64,000 nucleotides of DNA from NCBI GenBank assembly GCA_964016885.1, contig CAXHJY010000511.1:62001-126000 (forward strand), read 5' to 3'. The position numbers and the translations under genes were made by a program. Source of the stretch: Eledone cirrhosa (Eukaryota). Positions 13,149-28,800 of the stretch are shown here, piece after piece. The notes beneath the pieces are model-generated. The model made no database searches and was not told the origin of the DNA. It was given only the letters and a program-made list of their open reading frames with translations. The first letter of the stretch is position 1; each line of letters begins with the position of its first letter.

Positions 13149-14012
13149 TTGTGTAATGAAATCTAGAATAATAAATATTCAACATGTCACAACCAGCCAA
13201 GCTAGCCAGCTAATGTTGCTATTAAATCTTGACATGGTCTTCCTTCCTTTGTTAGTTCACCACATTCTTGGTCAACTTTCTCTAAACCTCTCTACACACT
13301 CATCATTTATTACGTACGTGATTGTTCATCTTAGTTTTTTTTCTCCTTTAATCTCTCACTTTTTCCGTTGTTTTTCTCTCTTGTGTGTTTTCCTTTATTT
13401 TTGATGTCATGCCTGGGAAAAAAAAAAAACAAATATCGTTTTTACAATGTACCTTTGTTTTTTCTTCTTTTCGCTCTTACGAACCCTTCTAACAAATAGC
13501 AGTAATTTGTTATTTTCCTCACTAGTTTCTTTTACACTATCAAGCGGGCCGGCTACCAAGAAGCTGACCTTTGGTGATTTCATAGATAAGTTTCCATTGT
13601 GAATGGGCTTTTGAGGTGCCAATATGTCTGAGATTTTCACATATAAAACAGCTGTCTGCTTATTATCGTGCCCCCAGAGACAAAGGAATGGAATACTGAT
13701 AAATAGCCTGATCCCACAGCAGTTGCAGAGTTCATACTGACTAGCGAAGACGTAGTGGTCAACTGTCTGAGACACCAACCCAGTTATATATATATATATA
13801 TATATACGTAGGTCCCGGGTTGAGTCGGGGATAACCACAGTAAGTAAGGTACTCAATACATGGCAGAGTAAAATTTTTTATTTTATAGAAGGAGCTTCTA
13901 CAGGACTAGTACTGTTTCATTCAGATGAGAATAAACGTGTTGCGTGGTTGCAAATGGGTTACATATGAATAAAGTTAGTCCTTCATCAGTGATCTTCCAT
14001 ATATATATGATC

Positions 14013-14068
<56 letters not shown>

Positions 14069-14121
14069 TCATCACCATCATCATACGTCCGCTTTTCCCT
14101 GCTTGGAAGGGTGGGACGGGT

Positions 14122-14157
<36 letters not shown>

Positions 14158-14515
14158 AACCCATGCTAACGTGAAAGATAGCCGTTAAACGATGATATAT
14201 ATATATATATATTATATAAGCTTTGGAAGAAACAAGGGGCTGTATGGTACTTGATAAAGTGTATTTAGAAATAAAAGGAAAGCACAAACAAGGGACAGTC
14301 CCCTCTTCAGTTGTCTGCTGGAGGTCACCGACATTATATATATATATATATATATATAAACAATTAAGTTAAAGTGTACATCTACATATGTATACGGAAG
14401 TACTAGTATGCATATAAATACACACATGTATACATATGTACATGTACCGAGTTTTTCACTGTCATACAAAAGTGAGTTAGAAGCGAAACGAAATTTAATT
14501 TCGTTTCGTTATTTG

Positions 14516-14547
<32 letters not shown>

Positions 14548-14673
14548 ATCATCATCCACAGGAGCATGGGTTTGACGGTTTTGTTCTCTTTGGTGCGGGA
14601 ATTGTCGGGAGACCGTGTCTCTGGCAGGTTTTTTACAGCTGGATGCCCTTCCTAACACCAACCACATTTACAC

Positions 14674-14707
<34 letters not shown>

Positions 14708-14711
<4 letters not shown>

Positions 14712-15075
14712 TCATCATCATCATACGTCCGCTTTTCCCTGCTTGCAAGGGTGGGACGGGTCTTATTCAGCACAGCATCTCTCCACTTGTCACGGTCCCT
14801 CGTCATCTCCACCGTGAGCTTCAATGATCCGCGGTCTGTTCTCACCACCTCCGCCCATGTTTTTCGTGGTCTACCTCTATCACGTCTTTCCTTCAACTGG
14901 CATTTCCTGGCACTTCTTCACCCATCGGTCATCCTCCATGCGCATCACATGTCCATACCACCTCAGTCTCCTCTCCCGTACACTACATTCTATCCCTCTC
15001 AGACACAGTTTCTCTCTCAAGACATTTATGCTGGGTCGTTCACGCACATTTACACTGCACATCCAACGGAGCATG
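14708..15075 (-). mobile_element. RTE-clade LINE 3' end
   Basis: MLRWMC...RERRLRWYGHVMRM...GRPRKTW...DRDKWR, with a (GAT)n tail. Confidence 0.88.
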
Positions 15076-15604
15076 CTTATATATATAACGTTGAAAGAGA
15101 TAGAATGCTAAACAATGGAAAATGGACTGTAAGATGAGGTAACGAAAAGTAAAAGTAAGTTATCTGGTAATCTTTGTTTTGTTTATGTTGTTCTTATCTG
15201 GACAGATGAAAGAACAAAAAAAAACAAAAAAACAAAGATTACCAGGTAACTTACTTTAACTTTTCGTTACCTCATCTTACACTCTATTTTCCATTGTTTA
15301 GCCTTCTATCTCTTTCAATGTTATATTTTATATACAATGCTTCAAGCAAACTACATGAACAATTCCTCTCTAAGTGATTTGGTCTCATCCTGGTCCAGTC
15401 GTCTTCTCAATCACTGCAGAAGTAATAAGTCATTTCAAATCCTTCAGATCAGTGCCACGTAATATACCAATATGTCTAAGATAACATAATTATCATCTCT
15501 TACTGTCTCGTAGTAATATTGGGCCATATACTCACATCTTATTCTAAGTTTGTGTTTCCTTGTAGCTGTTTCCTTGTTCCTTTTCTTGTAGCTGTCTCAT
15601 TAAG

Positions 15605-15692
15605 AGGCCTTCTGCAGTGCTCCTTCCTGGCACAACACCAAACTGCATTTCATCATCTTTGACTCTTTCCTTGATTTGTTTTGCAAGAATTC
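15605..15692 (-). mobile_element. RTE reverse transcriptase fragment
   Basis: Minus strand encodes ILAKQIKERVKDDEMQFGVVPGRSTA (QFGF.PGRST motif). Confidence 0.65.
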
Positions 15693-16060
15693 AGTGGTCT
15701 CCAAAGGACCTACAAAGTTTGGACACTGTCCTTTAGTCTATATTAGACCTATAAATAAAAACCTATCAGATTTGCACACAAGACTTTGGTTGACCTGAGG
15801 TCACAGTAAAAAAACACTTGACCAGTGAGATTAAACCTGGAATCACACGACTTCCAAATAAACATCTGAACCACATGGTCATGTTCTTTATATTTTTAAA
15901 TAGATTTAGTTCACTAAATTATTGATCTCTGTTCAGTGATTGATTTACAAAGTAGAATTTGTAAAAAAAAATGTTACTTTAATTCCAACTCTCTCGTCAT
16001 TCTCAATATTCACACACACACATTCATACACACACACATTCACACACATACACACACATT

Positions 16061-16091
<31 letters not shown>

Positions 16092-16177
16092 CAACCTATC
16101 CAAACTCACACACTCACCTATACCCATCCAATCCAAACTAAGCCAACCCAATCTGTATGTATGTATAGATGTGTGCT

Positions 16178-16211
<34 letters not shown>

Positions 16212-16827
16212 GTACATATATATATATATATATGTGTGTGTTTTTGTATGTATGTAGGTATATATATATATATATACATATACAAATACACATATATATA
16301 TACATATATACATATATAAATTACACAATAATCAAAACTATGTTCAAATCATTTTATTGCTGACAATCGTTTCTTCCAAGCTTTCGTTTGGAATCATTGG
16401 AGCACTAGCAAAGTTTGGACATATAATTAACTGTTTATAGTTGTATATAGTGTATATATAACTATAAATAATATTATTATTATTATATATACCCGCCGAG
16501 GTTGACTTTGCCTTTCATCCTTACGGGGTCGATAAAATAAAGTACCAGTAATGAACTGGGTAATTGCTGGCCTTGTGCCTAAAGTAGAAACAATTATTAT
16601 TATATATACTTATATATATATATATATAAATACATGTAAATATACACTCACACACACACATATATATATATCCAGGGAGTGTAACTTGGAGTTATTGTAG
16701 GTTCACCCGGGAGAGCACTCGATGTTTAGGTTCACTTCAGTGTCGAGGTGTAGAGCTAGACAGAGTGTATTATAGTGAAATAAGATAACAAGGACGATTG
16801 GTTACTCCTTCATTATGTTTATTGGTT

Positions 16828-16912
16828 GGTGACGCGTGTTTCACTACTGATCTGCTCAAGGTTCGATCTGTATCGATCTGACCTGACTCTGTAACCCTCG
16901 GCTCATCAGACC
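16828..16912 (-). ncRNA. Hammerhead-like motif with long stem II (family F; element about 16672-16925)
   Basis: Minus strand reads ggt-CTGATGA-(about 60 nt)-GAAAC-acgc-GTC-acc, followed by AATAAA. The element is flanked by (TA)n. Confidence 0.55.
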
Positions 16913-17141
16913 CCTTGTAATGTTAATATATATATATAAACATATACAAAATGCACATATTTTTCTTGTGTGTGTATATTTGGGCTGGGTACTACAGACA
17001 TGTGTAAGAGAGAAAGTGTGTGTGTCGTGTGCATGTATCAATACACATACAATTTAAAAGAAAACCTAGGTTAATTCATTTTTGTTTTTTATTTTAATTT
17101 AATGTTTGAAATCCTATAAAGTTGTAAGGATTATGGTTTAA

Positions 17142-17554
17142 CCCTTTAGCAATCACATTACTCTATATGGTGGATTGGCAGTATCGGTAAGGGTCGGACG
17201 CCATGCTTTGAAGCATAGAGTTACCTCCCTTTATGATCTGAGTTCAAATCCCGCCGAGGTTAACTTTGCCTTTCATCCTTACGGGGTCGATAAAATAAAG
17301 TACCAGTAATGCACTGGAATAATTGCTGGCCTTGTGCCAAAAGTAGAAACAATTACTCTATATATACTATTATATTTTCATGGTAAAGGCATTACCTCAC
17401 ATAATATCTCACATAATATCGAATCTATGAGATTTTGAAAGTATTTATTTTGAAAACAATACCTTAACATCAGTTTGAGTGACCAGTTACAGCCAGTTAC
17501 ACAGAAAGAGGTAGAGAATTCTGGCCGGTTTTGGCCGGTTTGAACATTAAAGGG
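17142..17554. mobile_element. piggyBac-type MITE with a nested SINE (about 17169-17355)
   Basis: TTAA|CCCTTTA...TAAAGGG|TTAA termini. The SINE is flanked by a duplicated attactctatat. Confidence 0.8.
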
Positions 17555-17765
17555 TTAAGACAGTAGGTTAACTAAATTTTAATCAGGACAACTTACATCA
17601 CCATCATTTAATGTCTGTTTTACCATGGTAGCTTGGGTTTTATATAAGATGATACTGATAGTATATATATATGTATATGTATGTGTATATTTGTATGTAT
17701 GTGTATATATATATATGTATGTGTATGTTTGAATGTGTATATATGTTTGTATGGATATATACTTG

Positions 17766-17818
<53 letters not shown>

Positions 17819-17847
17819 ATATATATGTTTGTATGGATATATACTTG

Positions 17848-17918
<71 letters not shown>

Positions 17919-18163
17919 GTTTGTGTGTATATATATATATATATATATGTATGTGTATATATATGTTTGTATGTGTATATATATGTTTGTATGTGTATAT
18001 ATATGTTTGTATGTGTATATATATGTTTGTATGTGTATATATATGTTTGTATGTGTATATATATGTTTGTATGTGTATATATATATATGTTTGTGTATAT
18101 ATATTTGTATGTATATATATATATATTTGTATGTATATATATATGTATGTGTATATTTGTACG

Positions 18164-18196
<33 letters not shown>

Positions 18197-18322
18197 ATAT
18201 ATGTATGTATGTGTATATATATATGTGTTTATATATACACATATATATATATGTTAAAATGATGATGTTATAGATTTTCACTTGTGTGTGTATGAATATT
18301 TGGATGTCTGTGTGTGTTGTAA

Positions 18323-18387
<65 letters not shown>

Positions 18388-18827
18388 ATTTTGAACACTT
18401 ATTTTTAATTAGGTTTCTGCATTGTTGGGTTCTGTCAGTCTGTCTGAATGTTTGCCTCTGTCTGAATGAAGTGTGTGTGTGTGTGTGTGATTATAACCTT
18501 TCCGAAACATTAATCCTTTGATATATCCAGGTTTATCTGACCTCGGTCATGTTTCACAGCTTTAGTCTCGTATAAAGCCTCTTAATGTTGCTTGGAAAAC
18601 TCTTCTCTTTATTTTTACACACAATTATATATGTATATATATATATATATATACATGTATATATATATACATGTATATATATATACATGTATATAAATAC
18701 ACACTGACATAGATTCAAACAGAACATATAGTGACATATGCCTATGTATGATTGCATATAAATATGTGATTACATGTATGCATTAAGTCGAGTGTATGTG
18801 TGAATATACACACATACACACACATAC

Positions 18828-18882
<55 letters not shown>

Positions 18883-19239
18883 AAGTCTATTGGGACTGTT
18901 TATTGAGAAGTACAAAAATCAAACATATTTGATGTTTGATTCCTCACATTTGTGTGTGTATATATATGTATATATATATATATATAATAGTCGTATGTAT
19001 ATATGTTCTGCAGTACAAATACATTTATATGTATGTATATATGCATGTATATATGCATGTGTATATGTATGTATATATGCATGTGTATATGCATGTGTAT
19101 ATGTATGTATATATGGATGTGTATATGTATGTATATACACATGCATATGCATGTGTATATGTATGTATATATGCATATGCATGTGTATATGTATGTATAT
19201 ATGCATATGCTTGTCTATATGTATGTATATATGCATGTT

Positions 19240-19276
<37 letters not shown>

Positions 19277-22200
19277 TCTGCAGTGCAAATACATGTATAT
19301 GTATGTATATATGCATGTATATATCCATGTGTATATGTATGTATATATGCATGTGTATATATATGTATATACGCATGTGTAGATGTATGTATATATGCAT
19401 GTATATGTATGTATATGTATATGCGTGTGTGTGTATATATAGAGATATATATGTTTGTATATGTGCCTATATACATAATATAATGTAGGTATATTCCTGG
19501 TGTAAACATGTATATATATATATATATATTTGTAGGTACATGTGTGCTCATGCACACACACCCTGCACCAATACGCCTCAGACACACACTTTGACACCCC
19601 CACTGCATCTTCTCCACACAGTTACAGTTTGTTAGAAGCTGTATGTTTTGTATTCTATCCAAGCTGTGTCATCAACACCCTCCACTCTAGATGAATATTT
19701 GACAGTTGATATAATAAACATCCCTTCTTTTTTCCCTTTTAATCTTCTGTAGAAATATAACTTCAGTCACTTTCATATATCTGGAACATTCAGCCAAATG
19801 AACTCAATAGGGGTGTCAGCTGTTTATTCCTTATGCTGGTCCTTGAAACACAATCTTAACATAAGGGTGATATGTTATAAAACATATGTTATAGTTATAA
19901 AAGATATGTTATAAAACATGTTATACAACTCATGGCTATGTGGTTTAGAAGTTTGCTTTTAACCTTCAACATGCTGAATTGTTTTATGAATTACTTCCCT
20001 TTTATGTATTAAGGGGAGACTACTCTATCGTTGCAATTTGTCACCAACAGCATGCTGAAGGTTAAAGCTTCGTGTGGTTCCATGTTCAGTCCTATTGAGT
20101 GACACATCTAGCAAGTGTCTTCCGCTGTAGCTTTTGGGCCAAATAATTCCTTGTGAGTGGATTTTGGCAAATGTATGGAGACCCTTTTGATGTGGCCATT
20201 CATGTCTTCTGAGTGGCAGAATTAATTCTTGTTGTTCTTTATGTCTGTGACTTTTGGGCTCACCTCATTGTTGCAAACATTTGGATTGGGTCCTCAGCCT
20301 GAGGATAACTTCTTAATGTCTCAGAGGCCTTGGAAAGGATCATGGATGACATTTGACTTGTCTTTCCATAAAAGTATTGATAAAGAGCCAGTGCTATATA
20401 GATATCTGATGAAGACCCACATATGTACCTTACAAATCACAGTTGTCTTCCCTTTGTTATAGAGTTATCTGATGAAGAATGTGTAATGGCAGAGACCCAC
20501 ATATGTGCCTTACAAGCCACAGTTGTCTTCCCTTTTCTATATAGATATCTGATGAAGAATGTGTAATAACAGAGCTACAAGTACCTTACAAATCACCGTT
20601 GTCTTCCCTTTGCTATAGAGTTATCTGATGATGAATGTGTAATGACATATTGCCTACATGTACCTTACATTCCACAGTTGTCTTCCCTTTGCTGAAGGAT
20701 GCGTGACTGGTTAAATGTTCCCGTATGTTTACATGAGATTAGCTGTGATATTAAATTTAAGTGGCTCTATGCTTTTATCTGTTAACTCAAGTAGAAAACT
20801 GATTAAATCTGACATGTATCATCATCATCATCATCGTTTAACATCCATCTTCTACATTAGCATGGGCTGGACAGGTTTATCCCACTTGTGTCGATTAGGC
20901 AGGTTTCTTCCTAACACCAACCACATTTACAGTGTGGACTGGGTGCTTTTTTTTACCATGTTTCCTACATGACCACTTTATATATATATATATAGTTATA
21001 TAATACACAGTTCAAGAGTAACCAATCTTAAAGAGAGAGATGGAGATAGTAGAGGAGAGATTGGTGAGTTAGTTAGAAGCCAAAGCGTAAAGGCATGTGC
21101 TCAATGTGCAATATGCAGTAGAAAGCAGCTAGGTGGCTGGGTTCATGCAGAAGTTAGGTGCGCAGAGCTGGAAATATTCATTAGTTAAGCAAAACAAGAC
21201 CACAAACTTCACAAGGAAGACATTATTAAAAGATTGTCAACATATTTTAGTTTGATGTAAGGAATGTAGAGAATAATAATAATAATATTAATAATAATAA
21301 TGTCCGTTTACAATTGTTTCGCTACTCCATATAATATTTCTGGATCAGATGACTATATATCATAATTGATCTGGTTCAGTTGAAAATAATTAACATATTT
21401 AAAAAACAGAGTGGCTCATCGGAACTCAAAGGAATATAAATTAAAATAATGTTACATAATATAATGTTCCATATATTGGTTTTTACTATGGTGTCTTGGT
21501 TGCATCAGCTGTCAGCCATAATCAAGCAGTATTCATCTGTCGAGGCTGCATTGTGTGAGATCTGCCTATGGGTAACCATAGGCATCAAACTAAAATATGT
21601 TGACAATCTTTTAATAATGTCTTCCTTGTGAAGTTTGTGGTCTTGTTTTGCTTAACTAATGAATATAGTTATGTAATATATATATATACATATATTTATA
21701 GAGAATTTAGTATATCTACTAACACATGCGTACAGATGTACGCTAATGCTAGCAAATACATAAGTTATGTCATAGTACCTAGGTGGTTCAATGCAGGAGG
21801 ATGCAGAACAATAATATAAAAGACGTAAAATAAGAAAATTCTAAAAAAATTAAAAAAATTAACTTACTTTAAGTAAGTTAATTTTTTTTATTTTTTTTAA
21901 ATTTTCTTATTTTACGTCTTTTATATACATATATTTATGTATATATTATATATTTTATCATTAGCATCCTTGGTTTTCAATAGGCCAGTCACTTGACAGG
22001 CCAGTTACTCATCAGATTAATCACCCAACCAGCCAGTCACTGGTTCAGTTTATTATTTCTGATGGTGTGCACATAGGCGTGAAATATTGGTTAAGAAGGT
22101 AACTTCGCAATCAAGACGTAATATTGTTATATATATATATATATATTGTTATACTTTGGGAGGGTCATGCTGCCAGTAAAAACACACACACCTGTTGCTT

Positions 22201-22696
22201 TTCACTTCAATTCATTATAAGTTTCCGCTTCACTGGTTCGATAACCCGATGTTTGTTTATATATTGTCAAAAACAAAGTATATATATCATCATCATCATC
22301 ATCATCATCACCATTTGACGTCTGTCCTTCCACGCTAGCTTGGGTTAGACGGTGATGATGATAAAGGTAGAAAACTGGAGGGTAATATCCAAAGTAGTAG
22401 AGCACTCAGTCCTTGGGACGAGTTTGTTAGAAGTAGTAACACAACAGTTAGTTCACCATACCGAGAACAATTGTTTCACCTTGCGGTGTGGTAAGGAACC
22501 AGGTGGACCATAACGCACCAGAGTACTCGATAGTTAGGGCGAGTAGAGTGGGTAATAGGAAAAGAGTCAGGACCCCGACGGCTGAGCTCCGGCTGTTTCG
22601 ACAGCTAGATCTGATCAGTTTGGATCTAGCTGTTGAAATGGCCGGAGCTCTACCGTCGGGGTCCTGACTCATTTCCTATATATATATATATACTGT

Positions 22697-22975
22697 TTAC
22701 TCGAGAGAAGACTACGTATGGTCACGTGATGCGCATGAAAGACGACAGCTGTATAAAAAAGTGCAGGGTGATCAAAATAGGCGGTAGCTACAGAGTAGGT
22801 AGTCCCAGAAAAACCTGGGACGATCAAAATAGGCGGTTGCTACGGAGTAGGCAGACCCACAAAAATCTGGGATGACTTGATAAATTCCGACCTCACACAC
22901 TTACATCTCTCCAAGACAATGTCACTCGACCGAGATCTTTGGCATTACGCAGTAATACAGAAGACCCGCCTTGCC
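22697..22975 (+). mobile_element. Degenerate RTE LINE 3' fragment
   Basis: YGHVMRMKDDSCIKKC...GSPRKTW. Confidence 0.75.
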
Positions 22976-23354
22976 TAAGTGCAAAGCGAAACCTACAGTC
23001 AGTAGGCACCTCTTACCAAAATACACCCCCGTCCCACTACCCCCACCCCATCCACACCACCCCCTTTCGATGTAAAGTTATGTTGGTACCACAACATCCA
23101 GTCCGAAATAAATGAGGGCGTGTAGGTGTCACGACAAAAAAACACACAGTCCACGCTGTAATGTGGCCGTGTAGGTAACACGGTAAAAACCTCCCAGTTC
23201 CACACTGTAAACGTGGTTGGTGTTAGGAAGGGCCTCCAGCCGTAGAAAACCCGCCAGACAGTCCTATACGAGCAAGACGACCACTCTTGCCTCAAGTGGG
23301 AAATTCCTGTCCAAACTCATCCTAGCGTGGATGATGATGATGATACACACACAC

Positions 23355-23385
<31 letters not shown>

Positions 23386-23482
23386 TCTGTGTGTAAAAAT
23401 ATCAACATACTTGTGTGTTGATTTATACGTATTTGATACAACTTTATAGTTACTTCCTACTTGTATTTTATATATATATATG

Positions 23483-23515
<33 letters not shown>

Positions 23516-23679
23516 CTATATATGTATATATATATACACACACATTAAAATAATGTCAATGTTGATAATGACAGTGTCCATGGCATGATTCTGTTCTAGA
23601 AAGACAGGTTTTTATAACATCTGACAGTCTGTGTCTTATGTGTCAGATATAACTCAGTAAAGACATGGAGTTAGTGTGG

Positions 23680-25605
23680 TTACTATATATAACTATAGTA
23701 TACTATATACACCTATAGTGTATACTATATAACTATAGTGTATACTATATAACTATAGTGTATACTATATAACTATAGTGTATACTATATAACTATAGTG
23801 TATACTATATATAACTATAGTGTATACTATATAACTATAGTGTATACTATATAACTATAGTGTATACTATATAACTATAGTGTATACTATATATAACTAT
23901 AGTATACTATATATAACTATAGTATACTATATATAACTATAGTAAACTATATACACCTATAGTATATACTATATACATAGCTATAGTATATACTATATAC
24001 ATAGCTATAGTATATACTATATACATAGCTATAGTATATACTATATACATAGCTATAGTATATACTATATACATAGCTATAGTATATACTATATACATAG
24101 CTATAGTATATACTATATACATAGCTATAGTATATACTATATACATAGCTATAGTATATACTATATACATAGCTATAGTATATACTATATACATAGCTAT
24201 AGTATATACTATATACATAGCTATAATATATACTATATACATAGCTATAGTATATACTATATACATAGCTATAGTATATACTATATACATAGCTATAGTA
24301 TATATAACTACAGCATACTATATACACCTATAGTATATACTATACAAACCTATAGTATACTATATACATCTATGGTATATACTATATATAACCATAGCAT
24401 TCTATATACACCTATAGTATATACTATACAAACCTATAGTATACTATATACATCTATGGTATATCCTATATATAACCATAGCATTCTATATACACCTATA
24501 GTATATATACTATATATAACTATAGTATATATACTATATATAACTATAGTATATATACTATATATAACTATAGTATATATACTATATATAACTATAGTAT
24601 ATATACTATAGTATATATTATATATAAGTATAGTATATACTATATATAACTATAGCATAATATATATATCTATAGTATATACTATATATAACTATAGCAT
24701 ACTATATATATGTATAGTATATACTATATATAACTATAGCATACTATATATATGTATAGCATACTATATATATCTATAGCATACTATATATATCTATAGC
24801 ATACTATATATAACTATAGCATACTATATATATCTATAGCATACTATATATAACTATAGTATATACTATATATATCTATAGTATATACTATATATAACTA
24901 TAGCGTAGTATATATATCTATAGTATATACTATATATATCTATAGTATATACTATATATATCTATAGCATACTATATATATCTATAGTATATACTATATA
25001 TATCTATAGTATATACTATATATATCTATAGTATATACTATATATATCTATAGCATACTATATATATCTATAGTATACTATATATATCTATAGCATACTA
25101 TATATATCTATAGCATACTATATATATCTATAGCATACTATATATATCTATAGCATACTATATATATCTATAGCATACTATATATATCTATAGCATACTA
25201 TATATAACTATAGTATATACTATATATAACTATACTATATATATATCTATAGTATATACTATATATATCTATAGCATACTATATATATCTATAGTATATA
25301 CTATATATATCTATAGTATATACTATATATATCTATAGTATATACTATATATATCTATAGTATATACTATATATATCTATAGTATACTATATATATCTAT
25401 AGCATACTATATATATCTATAGCATACTATATATATCTATAGCATACTATATATATCTATAGCATACTATATATAACTATAGTATATACTATATATAACT
25501 ATACTATATATATATCTATAGTATATACTATATATAACTATACTATATATATATCTATAGTATATACTATATATAACTATACTATATATATATCTATAGT
25601 ATAAA
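23680..25605. repeat. AT-rich quasi-palindromic minisatellite (20-24 bp units)
   Basis: Units such as ctatagtatatactatatacatag and ctatagcatactatatatat. Confidence 0.95.
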
Positions 25606-25824
25606 CTCTACAAACCTATACAAACCCTAAAGTCTAATACTGTTATATAGTCTTAATATACACTTCTCCCTTTTTTCATGGAACCCCAGACACTTCATCA
25701 GATGGCCATGGCTTCTGTGGAGTCCCCTTGAGAATCACTGGTATACTACACCTTAGGTGTTAGAACATCGGATAGATTTTGTGGTATTCCAGATCTTTGT
25801 GTTCTGAGTACATATAGATATTAA

Positions 25825-28800
25825 CTACACAGACACCAGCTACACACTCATGGCTACTGGTACACACACACACACCAGCTACACAGACACCAGCTACACA
25901 CACACACCAGCTACACACACACCAGCTACGCAGACACCAGCTACACAGACACCAGCTACACAGACACCAGCTACACAGACACCAGCTACACAGACACCAG
26001 CAACACAGACACCAGCTACACAGACACCAGCTACACAGACACCAGCTACACAGACACCAGCTACACACACACCAGCTACGCAGACACCAGCTACGCAGAC
26101 ACCAGCTACACAGACACCAGCTACACAGACACCAGCTACACAGACACCAGCTACACAGACACCAGCTACACAGACACCAGCTACACACACACCAGCTACA
26201 CAGACACCAGCTACACAGACACCAGCTACACAGACACCAGCTACACAGACACCAGCTACACAGACACCAGCTACACAGACACCAGCTACACAGACACCAG
26301 CTACACAGACACCAGCTACACACACACCAGCTACACACACACACCAGCTACACACACACACCAGCTACACAGACACCAGCTACACACACACCAGCTACAC
26401 ACACACCAGCTACACACACACCAGCTACACACACACCAGCTACACACACACACCAGCTACACACACACACCAGCTACACAGACACCAGCTACACACACAC
26501 CAGCTACACACACACCACCTACACACACACCAGCTACACACACACCAGCTACACACACACCAGCTACACACACACCAGCTACACACACACACCAGCTACA
26601 CAGACACCAGCTACACACACACCAGCTACACACACACCAGCTACACACACACCAGCTACACACACACCAGCTACACACACACCAGCTACACACACACACC
26701 AGCTACACACACACCAGCTACACACACACCAGCTACACACACACCAGCTACACAGACACCAGCTACACACACACCAGCTACACACACACCAGCTACACAC
26801 ACACACCAGCTACACACACACACCAGCTACACACACACCAGCTACACACACACCAGCTACACACACACCAGCTACACACACACCAGCTACACACACACCA
26901 GCTACACAGACACCAGCTACACAGACACCAGCTACACACACACACCAGCTACACACACACACCAGCTACACACACACACCAGCTACACACAGACACCAGC
27001 TACACACACACACCAGCTACACAGACACCAGCTACACACACACACACCAACTACACACACACCAGCTACACACACACCAGCTACACACACACACCAGCTA
27101 CACACACACACCAGCTACACACACACACCAGCTACACACACACACCAGCTACACACACACCAGCTACACACACACCAGCTACACACACACCAGCTACACA
27201 CACACCAGCTACACACACACCAGCTACACAGACACCAGCTACACAGACACCAGCTACACACACACCAGCTACACACACACACCAGCTACACACACACACC
27301 AGCTACACAGACACCAGCTACACACACACCAGCTACACAGACACCAGCTACACACACACCAGCTACACAGACACCAGCTACACAGACACCAGCTACACAG
27401 ACACCAGCTACACACACACACCAGCTACACAGACACCAGCTACACAGACACCAGCTACACACACACCAGCTACACACACACACCAGCTACACACACACAC
27501 CAGCTACACAGACACCAGCTACACACACACACCAGCTACACACACACACCAGCTACACAGACACCAGCTACACACACACCAGCTACACACACACCAGCTA
27601 CACAGACACCAGCTACACACACACCAGCTACACAGACACCAGCTACACAGACACCAGCTACACAGACACCAGCTACACACACACACCAGCTACACAGGCA
27701 CCAGCTACACAGACACCAGCTACACACACACCAGCTACACACACACACCAGCTACACAGACACCAGCTACACAGACACCAGCTACACACACACACCAGCT
27801 ACACAGACACCAGCTACACACACACCAGCTACACACACACCAGCTACACAGACACCAGCTACACACACACACCAGCTACAGACAGACACCAGCTACACAG
27901 ACACCAGCTACACACACACACCAGCTACACACACACACCAGCTACACAGACACCAGCTACACACACACACACCAACTACACAGACACCAGCTACACACAC
28001 ACCAGCTACACACACACCAGCTACACAGACACCAGCTACACAGACACCAGCTACACCACACACCAGCTACACAGACACCAGCTACACAGACACCAGCTAC
28101 ACACACACCAGCTACACACACACACCAGCTACACAGACACCAGCTACACAGACACCAGCTACACAGACACCAGCTACACAGACACCAGCTACACAGACAC
28201 CAGCTACACACACACACCAGCTACACACACACACACACCAGCTACACACACACACCAGCTACACACACACCAGCTACACACACACACCAGCTACACACAC
28301 ACACCAGCTACACAGACGCCAGCTACACAGACACCAGCTACACAGACACCAGCTACACACACACACCAGCTACACAGACACCAGCTACACAGACACCAGC
28401 TACACACACACACCAGCTACACACACACCAGCTACACACACACCAGCTACACACACACCAGCTACACACACACCAGCTACACAGACACCAGCTACACACA
28501 CACACCAGCTACACACACACCAGCTACACAGACACCAGCTACACACACACCAGCTAAACACACACCAGCTACACACACACCAGCTACACACACACACTAG
28601 CTACACAGACACCAGCTACACAGACACCAGCTACACACACACACCAGCTACACAGACACCAGCTACACACACACACCAGCTACACAGACACCAGCTACAC
28701 AGACACCAGCTACACAGACACGAGCTACACACACACCAGCTACACACACACACCAGCTACACACACACCAGCTACACACACACACCAGCTACACAGACAC

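Noticed and set aside
25850-28600. 916-aa ORF (TPATQ/TSYTH repeats), mucin-like
   Set aside because: It is a translation of the CCAGCT(AC)n satellite. The frame drifts with dinucleotide slippage and there are no splice signals.
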